The notes beneath the pieces were generated by a model. The model searched no databases and was not told the origin of the DNA. It worked only from the letters and a program-made list of their open reading frames with translations. The translations under genes were made by a program, and so were the position numbers. DNA of 64,000 nucleotides from Eledone cirrhosa (taxonomy: Eukaryota), in assembly GCA_964016885.1 (NCBI GenBank), contig OZ024766.1, forward strand, positions 9,610,001 to 9,674,000. The letters are read 5' to 3'. Shown here in pieces: positions 63,861 through 64,000 of the stretch (positions are counted from its first letter, which is position 1; each line of letters opens with the position of its first letter).

Positions 63861-64000
63861 CTTTCTCAGCCACAAAGAGTTCCGTTTCCTGATGCAGATA
63901 ATACCCCTGTCGATGCACTTCTGCGGCGTATATTTCCACTCCCTGTGCACAGGTGACTCGCAGCAGCAACAAACAATAACAACAACAACAACAACGACAT
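63861..64000 (+). CDS. PIGB: PIGB coding exon 6 (3' boundary uncertain: possible donor after 63952, otherwise open to the window end)
   Basis: ctttttccag|C; SFLSHKEFRFLMQIIPLSMHFCG carries the PIGB HKEFRF motif. Confidence 0.9.

Overview
Eukaryotic, intron-rich, very repeat-dense DNA. It is most likely octopus/cephalopod, inferred from the (TA)n load, tRNA-SINEs with RTE tails and RTE LINE debris. Nearly all long ORFs in the track are read-throughs of micro/minisatellites. Real genes are: the first coding exon of TMEM267 (-, 1424-1840); an intronless 355-aa ORF with an N-terminal CARD-like domain (-, 21622-22689); the last three exons of an SLC16/monocarboxylate transporter (-, 34305-35722) whose 5' exons are not in the window; and six coding exons of PIGB (GPI mannosyltransferase 3; +, 41757 to the window end) with a long Gly-rich N-terminal extension. 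The main hidden signal is more than 20 short non-coding elements from roughly ten unrelated sequence families, each carrying a type I hammerhead-ribozyme core (stem I - CUGANGA - stem II - GAAA - tiny stem III, usually with a palindromic loop - UH - stem I'). They usually sit in (TA)n tracts and often form local inverted duplications. This matches Penelope-like-element pseudo-LTR or retrozyme remnants. Also present are a Merlin/IS1595-type transposon relic, a piggyBac-type MITE, a CRE-like fragment and many satellites born from pieces of SINEs, LINEs and the MITE. All calls were made by eye; no database search or RNA folding was run.
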